64,000 nucleotides of DNA from an uncultured delta proteobacterium (GTDB lineage: Bacteria; Myxococcota_A; Polyangia; Fen-1088), in assembly GCA_963737265.1 (NCBI GenBank), contig CAVTRY010000019.1, positions 1 through 64,000 of the forward strand, read 5' to 3'. Positions within the stretch are counted from its first letter, which is position 1; each line of letters opens with the position of its first letter. Below the pieces are notes generated by a model that searched no databases, was not told the origin of the DNA, and was given only the letters and a program-made list of their open reading frames with translations. Shown here piece after piece: positions 6,911 to 15,583 of this stretch. Made by a program: the position numbers and the translations under genes.

Positions 6911-9856
6911 CTACTGCCCGCCCACCGACAGCACGATGTGCAGGCTGCGCAGGGGCAGGGTGGCGCCTTTGACCTGGGGTTCGTCGTCGAAGGCGACGTC
7001 GCTGCGCGTGTGGGCGAAGGCCGAGGCCAGTTGTCCGGCCGGAGAATTCTCGCTCAAGGGGGCGATGCGGACCTTGTTGTGCGCATGGCGGCCGAAGCGA
7101 TGGGTGTGCACGATCTCAGGCTTGGCCAGCGGCTCGCTGCCGTCCACGTCGACAGGAACATTACCGAAGTAGTCCTGGGCCAGGCGCCGTAGGGCCACGC
7201 TGTCCAGGCCGGGCGCGCCGCGCACCAGGATGTTGGCCACGCGCCGGGACGCCGCGTGGGCATCGTCGAGCGTGACGGCGATGCCAGCGCTTGCGAGCTG
7301 CCAGAACGGCCCGCCCTTCTTCATGGCCAGCGCGAAGACAAGCTGCGAACTCTGCCTGCCCCCCGCCGTTCCTTTGCCCGAGGGCTTGGCCAGCTTGCCG
7401 GCGGTGCAGTCCTCGATGCGCGACTTGAGCGTGGCCTCGCTGAGCGATAGCAAGAGGTAGTCCTTGCAGAAGGCGTAGTAGAGCGTGACATCGCCCGCGA
7501 GCTTGCGCGCTTCGCCCTCGCGCGAGGCCCCGATGGCGACATAGGGCACGCCCTTGTGCTTGCCGCGCTCGCGCCATACGATGGCGCCGGGCGCAGCTTC
7601 CTGGACCATCTTGCGAATCGCGCCCAGAGTGATGGCTGCGGTCAAGCGATTGCGCACGGCCACCCCGGCATGAATGGGGGCTTCGGTGAGAATCTTGGCA
7701 ATATCTTGCTCGTGCGAATCGTCCTCGCTGTTGTAGATGTCAAAGAAAAGCTTTGCGTTGAAGCGATCCTCAACACCGACGAAGGCAACCTCGCCCAGCC
7801 AGTCGAGCTGCGCGCGCAAAGCCGACGGCATCGCGCGCGCCATGTCGGTGAGCAGCTTGCGCAGTTCGGCCCGCGGCCCCACCCCAAGGGATAGCAACGC
7901 GCCGCTGACGCTGGCGGGGTCGTCGATGCGTGCCTCGCCGACTGAACGCTGCATCCTGCGGTAGTCGCTGTCCTCGATGATGGGAAGGATGCGAAAATCC
8001 GCGCGTAGGGCGTGCTTGCCCGATGGTGCGTTTGAATTAAGGGTCAGGCGCAAGCAAGCCGGATCCACGAACGTGCTCCAGTAGCGCTGGTACGAATTGG
8101 CGAACAGGCGATAGGCATCGCGCTCGCTCTCGGTCACCTTGGTCAGTGCCGGCAAATCGATGACCGGCGTGAGCGAGGCGACCGTACCCCACGACGAACG
8201 GGCAGGGCGGCCTGGCTGCCATGCGATGGGCTCGCCAGCTACGTGCTTCAGCTCGTCCTTTCCAAGCAAGCCAGCCGCAACCAGTTCTTCAAATCCGCGC
8301 GGCGTCCGGCCGAGCATCCAGCCATAGAGCAAAGCCGCGTTGCCGGGTGCCGTCAGATCGGACAGGGCGAACATGCGGCGCGCTTCGAGGATCTTCTGGC
8401 GCGGCCCCACCACCTCGGCCACGAAGGCATCGCTCATGAAGGCCAGCACATCGGCCGGCACGTCGGCGTCGCGGGCCATCATGTAGCGAAAATCGAGCGC
8501 ATCGGCCAAGGCCGGGGCACGGCCCTTGAGGGTGTCGACAACGGCCTTGATCGCGCCCAGGCTGTTCGAGACCAGTGAGAAGCCGCCCACGTCGGCGCGG
8601 TGCTGTCTGACCTCGCCGTCTTGCGAGCGCGTGACCGTGATCTTTTCGCCGGCGTAGTCGACCGTCTGGCTGGTCTGCTTACCGTGCGCTGCCAGATGGC
8701 CGGCCAGCGCGGAGACCAAACCAGCCTGGAACGCCGTCCGGGACTTCGCGCGAAAGATGAAGGTCAGATCGCTGCCCTCGCGCAGATAGGGGTCGCTGCC
8801 CACCACGGCCAGGTCGGTCACCACCTGTGGCCCCAGCACGCGGCTGACCTGGCTGCGCTGGAGTCCAAGTTGGGTCTCGTAGCGCTTCCCAAGATCCTGG
8901 TTCTGGGCCTGGCCCGCGCTCAAGGAGGCCACGGGTGTGAGCCAAGTGTCGGCCTCGTCGATTAGTCGAAACAGGTGCGCAAGTGAGGCAAAGCGAACGT
9001 AGTAGAAGCGGGCCGGCGCCGCGTGGGCCAGCGGCTCATCTGGCACGTTCTTGCCCAGGGCCGCGACCATGTCCTGCCAAGGATGTTGCGCGACGGCGGG
9101 TGGCTCCACAGAGGCCAGCGCAACACTTGGCGTTTCGCTGGCGAACCGCGTGCGCAGACGGCGATCGATCTGCAGCGCCTCGTGCACCGAGGTGAGTCCG
9201 GTGGTCGAATCCATGAAGCCCACCAGCGACGAGGGATCGGGCCGTTCCCGGCCCGCGGTCACGCCCACTCGGCCGGCGTTGCCGGGCTTCTTCTTGGCGC
9301 TGCTATCGGGGCTGGCGTCTAGATCCTGCAGCAGCTGATCGATGCGGAACTGCGCGAAATCGGACCAGGCAGTTGTTCCCGCGGAAATGTCGGTGCGCAG
9401 GGCCGTAAGCCACTTCTTCTTCAACTCTGGGTCTACCCGTGCCCCGCTGACATCGCCCATGGCAAAGCGGTAGCGCGGGCCGGAGGCGGCGCCATCCTCG
9501 CCAGCCTGGGCATGGACAACCACGTGTTGATTCTCCCCAGCGGGAGGAAGCTGGCGGCGCACGAGAAAGAGCTGGCTCGTGCCGCTGTCACGGTCGTAGA
9601 CCACCGCGGACCACGGCACGGGCCGCCCAGCCGGTTGCTCGACCGCAATCTCGGAGTCGCTGCCCACACCGTCGAGGTCAGCCTTGGGCCGAAAGGCCAG
9701 GATTTCCTGGTCCCCATCGACCAGGCGGCCGGCGAGCGAGACAGGAACGTCCTTGACCGCGACGACCGGCTTTCCGGCAGCCGCGGCTGGCTCGGCCGAG
9801 AATCCGAGTACGAAGATGCCGACAAACCAAGCGTAAGCAATGAGACGTGAACGCAT
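6911..9856 (-). CDS. Large secreted hypothetical protein (981 aa)
   Basis: Long uninterrupted ORF; signal peptide MRSRLIAYAWFVGIFVLGFSAEPAAA; no family recognised. Confidence 0.85.
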   Translation of the reverse strand: MRSRLIAYAWFVGIFVLGFSAEPAAAAGKPVVAVKDVPVSLAGRLVDGDQEILAFRPKADLDGVGSDSEIAVEQPAGRPVPWSAVVYDRDSGTSQLFLVRRQLPPAGENQHVVVHAQAGEDGAASGPRYRFAMGDVSGARVDPELKKKWLTALRTDISAGTTAWSDFAQFRIDQLLQDLDASPDSSAKKKPGNAGRVGVTAGRERPDPSSLVGFMDSTTGLTSVHEALQIDRRLRTRFASETPSVALASVEPPAVAQHPWQDMVAALGKNVPDEPLAHAAPARFYYVRFASLAHLFRLIDEADTWLTPVASLSAGQAQNQDLGKRYETQLGLQRSQVSRVLGPQVVTDLAVVGSDPYLREGSDLTFIFRAKSRTAFQAGLVSALAGHLAAHGKQTSQTVDYAGEKITVTRSQDGEVRQHRADVGGFSLVSNSLGAIKAVVDTLKGRAPALADALDFRYMMARDADVPADVLAFMSDAFVAEVVGPRQKILEARRMFALSDLTAPGNAALLYGWMLGRTPRGFEELVAAGLLGKDELKHVAGEPIAWQPGRPARSSWGTVASLTPVIDLPALTKVTESERDAYRLFANSYQRYWSTFVDPACLRLTLNSNAPSGKHALRADFRILPIIEDSDYRRMQRSVGEARIDDPASVSGALLSLGVGPRAELRKLLTDMARAMPSALRAQLDWLGEVAFVGVEDRFNAKLFFDIYNSEDDSHEQDIAKILTEAPIHAGVAVRNRLTAAITLGAIRKMVQEAAPGAIVWRERGKHKGVPYVAIGASREGEARKLAGDVTLYYAFCKDYLLLSLSEATLKSRIEDCTAGKLAKPSGKGTAGGRQSSQLVFALAMKKGGPFWQLASAGIAVTLDDAHAASRRVANILVRGAPGLDSVALRRLAQDYFGNVPVDVDGSEPLAKPEIVHTHRFGRHAHNKVRIAPLSENSPAGQLASAFAHTRSDVAFDDEPQVKGATLPLRSLHIVLSVGGQ

Positions 9857-10008
9857 CCCGGGATAGTAGCGCAGCTTGGGCGTGAGTTAGCGAAGCGCGA
9901 ACAGTCGTAGATCTCTTTTTGCAGAAAGCGCATTTGTAGGCGCGGCCTGCAGTGTCGAGCCATACGCGCCAGTAGTCGGAAATCTTACACGCGCTTTTCA
10001 TGATCTAC

Positions 10009-10063
10009 GGGACCATAGGCGAATCAAAGGGGGACCATAGGGACCATAGGCGAATCAAAGGGG
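10009..10063 (-). repeat. Duplicated oriIS-like end of IS91 element
   Basis: GGGACCATAGGCGAATCAAAGGGG at 10009-10032 and 10040-10063; minus strand CCCCTTTGATTCGCCTAT resembles the TTTGA-n4-CCTAT oriIS pattern and lies 3' of the transposase. Confidence 0.6.
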
Positions 10064-10227
10064 TTTTCTGAGCGTCGGAGAACCCTGCCGGACCGCATCA
10101 GGTGGGGACCTATCACGTGCGCGCAGGGAACTTGACCGGGTTTCTGGGGCCTGACGGGGCGTTTTCGAGCGTTTTCGAGCACGCGAGGCAGTCTACTCCA
10201 TCCCGCCCTTGTCGACGTGCCGTCAGT

Positions 10228-10832
10228 TCAGCCAGTCTCCGCCCTCGCCACCAGATTGCGAGGGAGGCGGTCGTGCGGGCCAGAGTTTTGGCGCACAGGT
10301 GGGCAGGCCCATGGCCTTGAGGATTTCTTGATGGTGTCCTCGGTCTCGATCATGGCGATGAGGCGCAGAGGTGTTTTGCAGCGAGGGCAGACGGTGTCGA
10401 TCTCGAACGTATTTTTCAGAAGCTGGGACCAGGAAATGTAGTGTGAAAGTGGCAGTGAAGGCTTGTCGTCTTCCTCGGGCGCGGCCACGGCGGGGACTGG
10501 GACGACTTGGCTGCGGAGGCTGGAGTGCGAGGAGATGACCCCCGAGTATCTGACGACATGCCGACGAGGAGGGGGAACCAAGGCCGCCAAGCGCGCAATA
10601 AGGGCGAGCGGCGCAAGGTCGACCGACGATGTGTCCCTACGGGACTAGGGCCTACCCACCCAACCCCTGCCCCGCGCGGCTTCGCCGCGCCCGTCGCCGT
10701 CGGACCAAGGGTCCACTCCTGCTCGAAGGTCAGAAGATGCTGCTGGAGCACCTGGCAAAGGGCGGTCTTTTCCGGCTCCCGGCGGGCATAGGTGTACCCG
10801 GTCGCAGGTTTTGCGCATGCCGCTGCCTCCAT
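10228..10832 (-). pseudogene. IS91-family transposase with large internal deletion, mini-insertion and frameshift
   Basis: N-terminus YARREPEKTALCQVLQQHLLTF joined near 10710 directly to PWSDG|TSSVDLAPLALIARLAALVPPPRRHVVRYSGV...WSQLLKNTFEIDTVCPRCKTPLRLIAMI. Confidence 0.88.
10633..10695 (-). repeat. Hairpin/G-tract mini-element, copy 4 (63 bp)
   Basis: Identical to copy 1 except one base; same SDG|TSS insertion site. Confidence 0.9.
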
Positions 10833-10915
10833 GAAGGAGGATGTCGGTCAGCGGGGCACGAAAGTTGCTTGAGCCCCGCAGTGGCAGCCGCGTGGATTGT
10901 CAGTTCCGGTCCCGC

Positions 10916-10966
10916 CGTGGCTTCGGCGAGCATCTCCTCATCAAGCACAAGATTCGTACGTTTCAT
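10916..10966 (-). pseudogene. VapB-type antitoxin N-terminal remnant
   Basis: MKRTNLVLDEEMLAEAT, then runs into the IS91 upstream region. Confidence 0.55.
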
Positions 10967-11218
10967 ACACACAGTATGCGATTGCTTGCGTGGCGGGGCA
11001 AGCTGGTCGAGGACTTGAGGGTCGAACCTCACCACGTGGTGCTGGACATTGGCGCCGGCACATGGCGGCTTGGCCTCGAAGCCGTCTGGGACTTGGTACT
11101 GCGACATGGGAACTGTCCATTGGGCCCAGGGCGAGAAGGGCAACGGAACCTGCCCGGTTTGCGGCATGGATCTAGTTCAAAAGCCGTAGCGAAGTTGTTG
11201 GGCCCGCGGGAAGCGGGC

Positions 11219-11758
11219 CTACGTCTTGGGTGGATACTTCTTCAGCTTGAGTTGCAGCGTTCGCCGCGCGATCCCCAGGCGCCGGGCGGTTTCGGAAATG
11301 TTGCCACCGGTATCTCCCAGCACGCGCTGAATGTGTTCCCATTCGGCGCGCGCCAAGGAGGGGGTGCCGTCGGGGGCAGCCTCCTCGGGGGCATGTCGAC
11401 CATCCAGACGGTCCAGCGCCGCGACCAACTCGTCGGCGTCGAGCGGCTTGGTTAGATACTGATGCACGCCCTGTTGAATCGCCTCGACTGCGGATACGAT
11501 GCTTCCGTATCCCGTCAACATGACCAGCTTGGTCTCGGGGCTGACCGGAATGATCCCTTGCACGACCTCGTGTCCGTTGGTGTCGCGCAGGCGCAAGTCG
11601 ACGACGGCAAAATCGGGCCGATGCTCGGAGGCCGCTTGGATCGCTGAAGCGCGATCGCCCGCGGTGAATACGACGAAGCCACGCGAGCGCAGGGCGCGGG
11701 CCATGCGCTCGCGGAAGGGCTCGTCATCGTCCACGAGAAGCAGGGATCGCTCGCTCAT
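11219..11758 (-). CDS. regA: RegA/PrrA/ActR-family response regulator
   Basis: Receiver domain (LLVDDD, VVDLRL, LTGYGSI, YLTKP) plus SLARAEWEHIQRVL..GGNISETARRLGIARRTLQLKL. Confidence 0.92.
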   Translation of the reverse strand: MSERSLLLVDDDEPFRERMARALRSRGFVVFTAGDRASAIQAASEHRPDFAVVDLRLRDTNGHEVVQGIIPVSPETKLVMLTGYGSIVSAVEAIQQGVHQYLTKPLDADELVAALDRLDGRHAPEEAAPDGTPSLARAEWEHIQRVLGDTGGNISETARRLGIARRTLQLKLKKYPPKT

Positions 11759-13053
11759 GGCGTCGCCTCCACTCGCGTCGCATGCGAAAGCGGAACGCTC
11801 AGACGAGCGACTGTGCCGCGTCGGAGCTGGGACTCGAACGTGAGGCCGCCCCCCAGGCGCTCAGCCACGGCTCGGGCCAGAAAGACGCCGAGTCCCATGC
11901 CGCCGCCGGTGGGCTTGGTCGTGAAAAACGGCTCGCCCAGGCGATCGAGATGCGCCTCGGCGATTCCAGTCCCTTCATCATGGATGGCGAATTGAACCGC
12001 ATCCGGCGTCGCATCCACGCGAACCCACACTTCCCGTCCCTTGGAGGAAGCCTCTTGGGCATTCTTGACCAGTCCCCGGAGCGCCTGGGCGAGCGCGCCC
12101 AACGGAAGCCGCAGACGCAGGCCGCGGATGGTCGGGGCTATCTCGCTACGGATCCGAACGTCCGGCGAAAGCCCAGACAGGGCGACGTTGAGCAGATCGG
12201 GCGCGGCCAGCGGCTCCCAGTTTTCCCCGACGCTTTGGCCAGCATCCGACGCCATCTGCTTGAGGATGTCGCGACAGCGATCCACCTGCTCGCGGATAAG
12301 TCGCACGTCGGATAGTAGGTCGGGGTCGCTCGAACGCCCATGGTTGCGCTCCAATTCCTTGACCGCGACCGCAATCGTGGCGAGAGGTGTGGACAGCTCG
12401 TGCGCAGCTCCCGCGGCCAGCGTGACGAGCGACGCCAGACGGGCTTGTCGGGCGGTCGCCTGCCGCGACTCGACCAATTCGAAATCTCGTTTTTCCAGGG
12501 CCTTTCGCACGCGGAACAGAAAATACACGATGAATCCCGCTGCCACGCCGAAGGCCACCCACATACCACGCAGATGCAGCGCCATGTAGGCCGCGTGAGA
12601 AATCCCCGAGGGCAGGGGATTGTCGAATAGAAACAAAGCCGCGGAGCCAAGCAGTGCGAGCCCGGTAAGCGCCCACGACCAAGCCGCTCGCACCGTGATC
12701 GCCGCCAGGGCAATCTGCACCAGATAGAGAAAGCTGAACGGGTTCGATGGGCCGCCCGTGAAATAAAGCAGCCCCGTGAACAGGATGATATCGGAGGCCA
12801 TGAGGGCGACCAACCACCCTTCCCGCGGCTCGTATCGGTGTTGCAGGACGATTCCCGCGAGGTTGAGTACCACCTCGGTGGCCACGATGGTTAGCAGCGG
12901 GGCGAGTGGGAGATTTAAGCGCAGGCCGAGCTCGACGCCCCCAATCGCCAACAGCTGCCCCGCAATCATGGCTCCGCGCAACCGGAGCAACCAACCGAAA
13001 TTGATTCGGTTCGGATGCCTCGGAGCGCTTGAAGCCCTGAAGCCGGAAGCCAT
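11755..13053 (-). CDS. regB: RegB/PrrB/ActS-family sensor kinase
   Basis: Membrane GGPSNPF motif, AAHELSTPL H-box, DRCRDIL, GEPFFTTK/GMGLG. Confidence 0.92.
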   Translation of the reverse strand: MASGFRASSAPRHPNRINFGWLLRLRGAMIAGQLLAIGGVELGLRLNLPLAPLLTIVATEVVLNLAGIVLQHRYEPREGWLVALMASDIILFTGLLYFTGGPSNPFSFLYLVQIALAAITVRAAWSWALTGLALLGSAALFLFDNPLPSGISHAAYMALHLRGMWVAFGVAAGFIVYFLFRVRKALEKRDFELVESRQATARQARLASLVTLAAGAAHELSTPLATIAVAVKELERNHGRSSDPDLLSDVRLIREQVDRCRDILKQMASDAGQSVGENWEPLAAPDLLNVALSGLSPDVRIRSEIAPTIRGLRLRLPLGALAQALRGLVKNAQEASSKGREVWVRVDATPDAVQFAIHDEGTGIAEAHLDRLGEPFFTTKPTGGGMGLGVFLARAVAERLGGGLTFESQLRRGTVARLSVPLSHATRVEATP

Positions 13054-13093
13054 CAGGGATTCCTCGCATGTGCCATAAGGAATTCACTTCTAT

Positions 13094-13108
13094 GCGAAAT
13101 TTGGCCGC
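13094..13108 (-). promoter_or_regulatory. Candidate RegA/RegR box upstream of regB
   Basis: GCGGC-CAAAT-TTCGC versus RegR-box consensus GCGGC-N5-GTCGC; about 40 bp upstream of the regB ATG. Confidence 0.45.
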
Positions 13109-13603
13109 TTGTCTACCCGGCCATATTGACCGACCTCTGTGCCACGAAAGCCAAGTAGAGGTATTGAAGGTGCGAAAATACACCGTAGAACGGGGTGGAT
13201 GGCAACGGCGAGGGTTGCCCGAATTGAAGTGGCCTTCGCTGGTTGCTCAGCGTCCAAAGCAACGCCGAAGCAATAGTACCCGAAGGACATCTGTTTGCGC
13301 TCGCCGCGACTGCACAGTTGGCGTCTTGCCGTAGACAGAGCAACAGCCCGTGTCTAATGGCGTCCCGCTAAGAATCGCCAATGCAAAACACGGCCTGGGC
13401 GGGCCGAAGGTCCCGGGAGATCCCGTGCCCTCCCCGGCTCGAGCACGGGTACGCGGTGGAGGCCGTCGGCAGCCATGGCAAAATGGGATAAACCCATAGC
13501 CGTGAAAAGGCGACGGGCTACTACACCTACGTTCAGGACTATGTCGATGTGCGACGGTGCGATTTCGGTCAGTAGCAAACAACCGTGACTGTGAGGGTTC
13601 AAA

Positions 13604-14116
13604 CTACTCTCGCGGATCGGCGAGGAGGGGAAGCACCGCGGTCGCCAGATCTTCAAAAGCGACTGGTTTCTCTTGAGGCATGAGGACGGCACGGACCTTA
13701 CCGTCTCGTCCTATGACGAACGTCATCGGCACGACCGTCGGTTTGCCAAAGTCATTGGTCTCCGCGTTCGCCAACATCGCGCACGGGTAATGAACCGAGC
13801 TTGCTGTCTTCGTGACGAGCTCGCGATCGCGGCGGCGGTCGATGCTTATTCCAACCAACTCGACGCCGCGGGAATGAAAGCGCGCGTAAAATGCGTCGAA
13901 GGCCGGCATTTCATCGCGACAGGTCGAACACCAGGTCGCCCAAAAGTTGACAACGACGACCTTCCCGCGCCACTCGGCAAGATCCCAGCGGTTTCCATCA
14001 AGCCGGGTTATCGTCAATGCGGGTGCGGTCTGCCCCTTCGAGGGAAAGGCCAGCGCGGTGCCGGCGAGTATTGCCGCAATCGAGGCCAGCATCGCAGCAA
14101 CGGAAATCGTCTTCAT
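13604..14116 (-). CDS. TlpA-family thioredoxin-like disulfide reductase
   Basis: Signal peptide; VVNFWATWCSTCRDEMP; cis-Pro region VPMTFVI. Confidence 0.88.
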   Translation of the reverse strand: MKTISVAAMLASIAAILAGTALAFPSKGQTAPALTITRLDGNRWDLAEWRGKVVVVNFWATWCSTCRDEMPAFDAFYARFHSRGVELVGISIDRRRDRELVTKTASSVHYPCAMLANAETNDFGKPTVVPMTFVIGRDGKVRAVLMPQEKPVAFEDLATAVLPLLADPRE

Positions 14117-14146
14117 GCTACGGTCTTCCCGGCGCGGGTAACGTCG

Positions 14147-15178
14147 CTAGAAATCATACGCCAGTTGAAACCTAAAGAGCGCCGGGGCCACCATCTGACC
14201 GGCGGTTCCTTCGACCGCCACGGTGGCGGCGGCGGCGGTGTGTTGGTAAAAGGGCAGTTCGACATCGCCGTATAGCCTAATCTTATAGAGTCTCAGCTCA
14301 AGACCGGGGGCGGCCAAAAGACGCCTTGAGCCGGAGTTCAAAGGGTCCGACTTGGCTCCGCTGTCGCTTGGCCGGTAGGTGCCGACGGTCTGGAAAACCG
14401 GCGCCACCTTCGCCAGCGGGCCGAGGGCGCCGAAGTTGTACGTCAGCCCGATGGCCGCATCGAGCTCGCTGCCAGGTCGGTAATCGTCGCGTGTCAGGAA
14501 CGCCCACTGATAGCGGGCCTGCACGAAATAGGCGAGCGACCTAGAACTGTTCAGTCCGCCGACATGATAGGCGGCTACGATGAGGTCGGTGCTTCCGGTG
14601 CCGGGCAGGGTATCGCGGTCGAATTCCGAGCCACCCAGGGAACCAACTGGGCCGGTATAATTGCCGGTCGGTAGCTTGACGCCCAGGCCCAGTCCGGTCG
14701 ACATGTCGGCGAAGAACCCGGTGTATAGGCCGGTAAGTTGCAAGTCGCCAAGATCAGTTAGGTGACCTGTGTAGATGCTGCCTGCTGCCCCGGAGACCGT
14801 ACCGTCGTCGGTCGTGGTCAGACTGCGCGAATAGGTCGGCAACTCGGCCATTACGGTCCAACTGTGATCGATCATGTAGCGGATACCGAGCGTGTAGAAA
14901 CTGGTCTTGATGGACTTGTCGTTATTGTCCGCGGCGGGGGCCTTGCTGCCGCCTTCCCAGTTCTGGTTCTGGTCCATATAGGTGTAGCGAAGCCAGACCG
15001 AGAAGCCCGAATCGGAATCGGTCGGCATCAAGGTGCTGGCGCCGACATCGAAAACACCGCATCCGCACGCGCATGCCTCCGCGCCTCGCGGCGCCAGGAG
15101 AGCCACCGACAGGGTGGTGCCGAGGAATAGGAGCGGCCCGCGCCGCCACACGTATCTCAAAGTCGACGCTGGTTGCAT
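14147..15178 (-). CDS. Outer-membrane beta-barrel transporter-like protein with N-terminal CxCxC (start uncertain)
   Basis: Signal peptide then ACACGC; LGDL, GLGVKLPTG, LPGTGSTD motifs; C-terminal YDF. Confidence 0.7.
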   Translation of the reverse strand: MQPASTLRYVWRRGPLLFLGTTLSVALLAPRGAEACACGCGVFDVGASTLMPTDSDSGFSVWLRYTYMDQNQNWEGGSKAPAADNNDKSIKTSFYTLGIRYMIDHSWTVMAELPTYSRSLTTTDDGTVSGAAGSIYTGHLTDLGDLQLTGLYTGFFADMSTGLGLGVKLPTGNYTGPVGSLGGSEFDRDTLPGTGSTDLIVAAYHVGGLNSSRSLAYFVQARYQWAFLTRDDYRPGSELDAAIGLTYNFGALGPLAKVAPVFQTVGTYRPSDSGAKSDPLNSGSRRLLAAPGLELRLYKIRLYGDVELPFYQHTAAAATVAVEGTAGQMVAPALFRFQLAYDF

Positions 15179-15213
15179 CTTCGGGTCATACGAAACTTTC
15201 AGTCGTCGGGTAT

Positions 15214-15228
15214 GTGTCAATATTTCGC
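15214..15228 (-). promoter_or_regulatory. Second candidate RegA box
   Basis: GCGAAATATTGACAC about 35 bp upstream of ATG 15178; shares TGCGAAAT with the 13094 site. Confidence 0.35.
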
Positions 15229-15583
15229 ACGTGAAAGATTGTGCGGCGCTCCTGAGGGCGCCTGACGGCCAAGACCGCGAAGGTCTATCCGCGAAAGAAC
15301 AGCGACGCGATGGGGCCGGCGCCAGCGGGGGAAACGCTAACGAGGGGAAACATAATCCACTCGTAAAGACCCCTTCGCCAGGAGTGTAGCCTTGCCCGGT
15401 CTTGGATCCAAACCCCTTGTTTCTCCGAAACCTCTGGGTGCTCTTTGACTCGGTGGTAAGAACCAGATTGGTGGAATTTCTGGAGCCAATTCGCTTAATG
15501 CCTATGGGCCGCGGCCCTCCCGTCGTCCGCGAAGCTCTTCAAAAGGCATTTGAACTGGGGAAAAGGTTGGCCAAAGTAGGCGC

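Noticed and set aside
10990-11110. VLDIGAGT methyltransferase-like motif on the + strand
   Set aside because: Too short, no credible start, and the ORF runs antisense into regA.
13470-13525. Possible c-di-GMP riboswitch (GGCAAA..GAAA..GACG)
   Set aside because: Stems and spacing do not fit the GEMM consensus.
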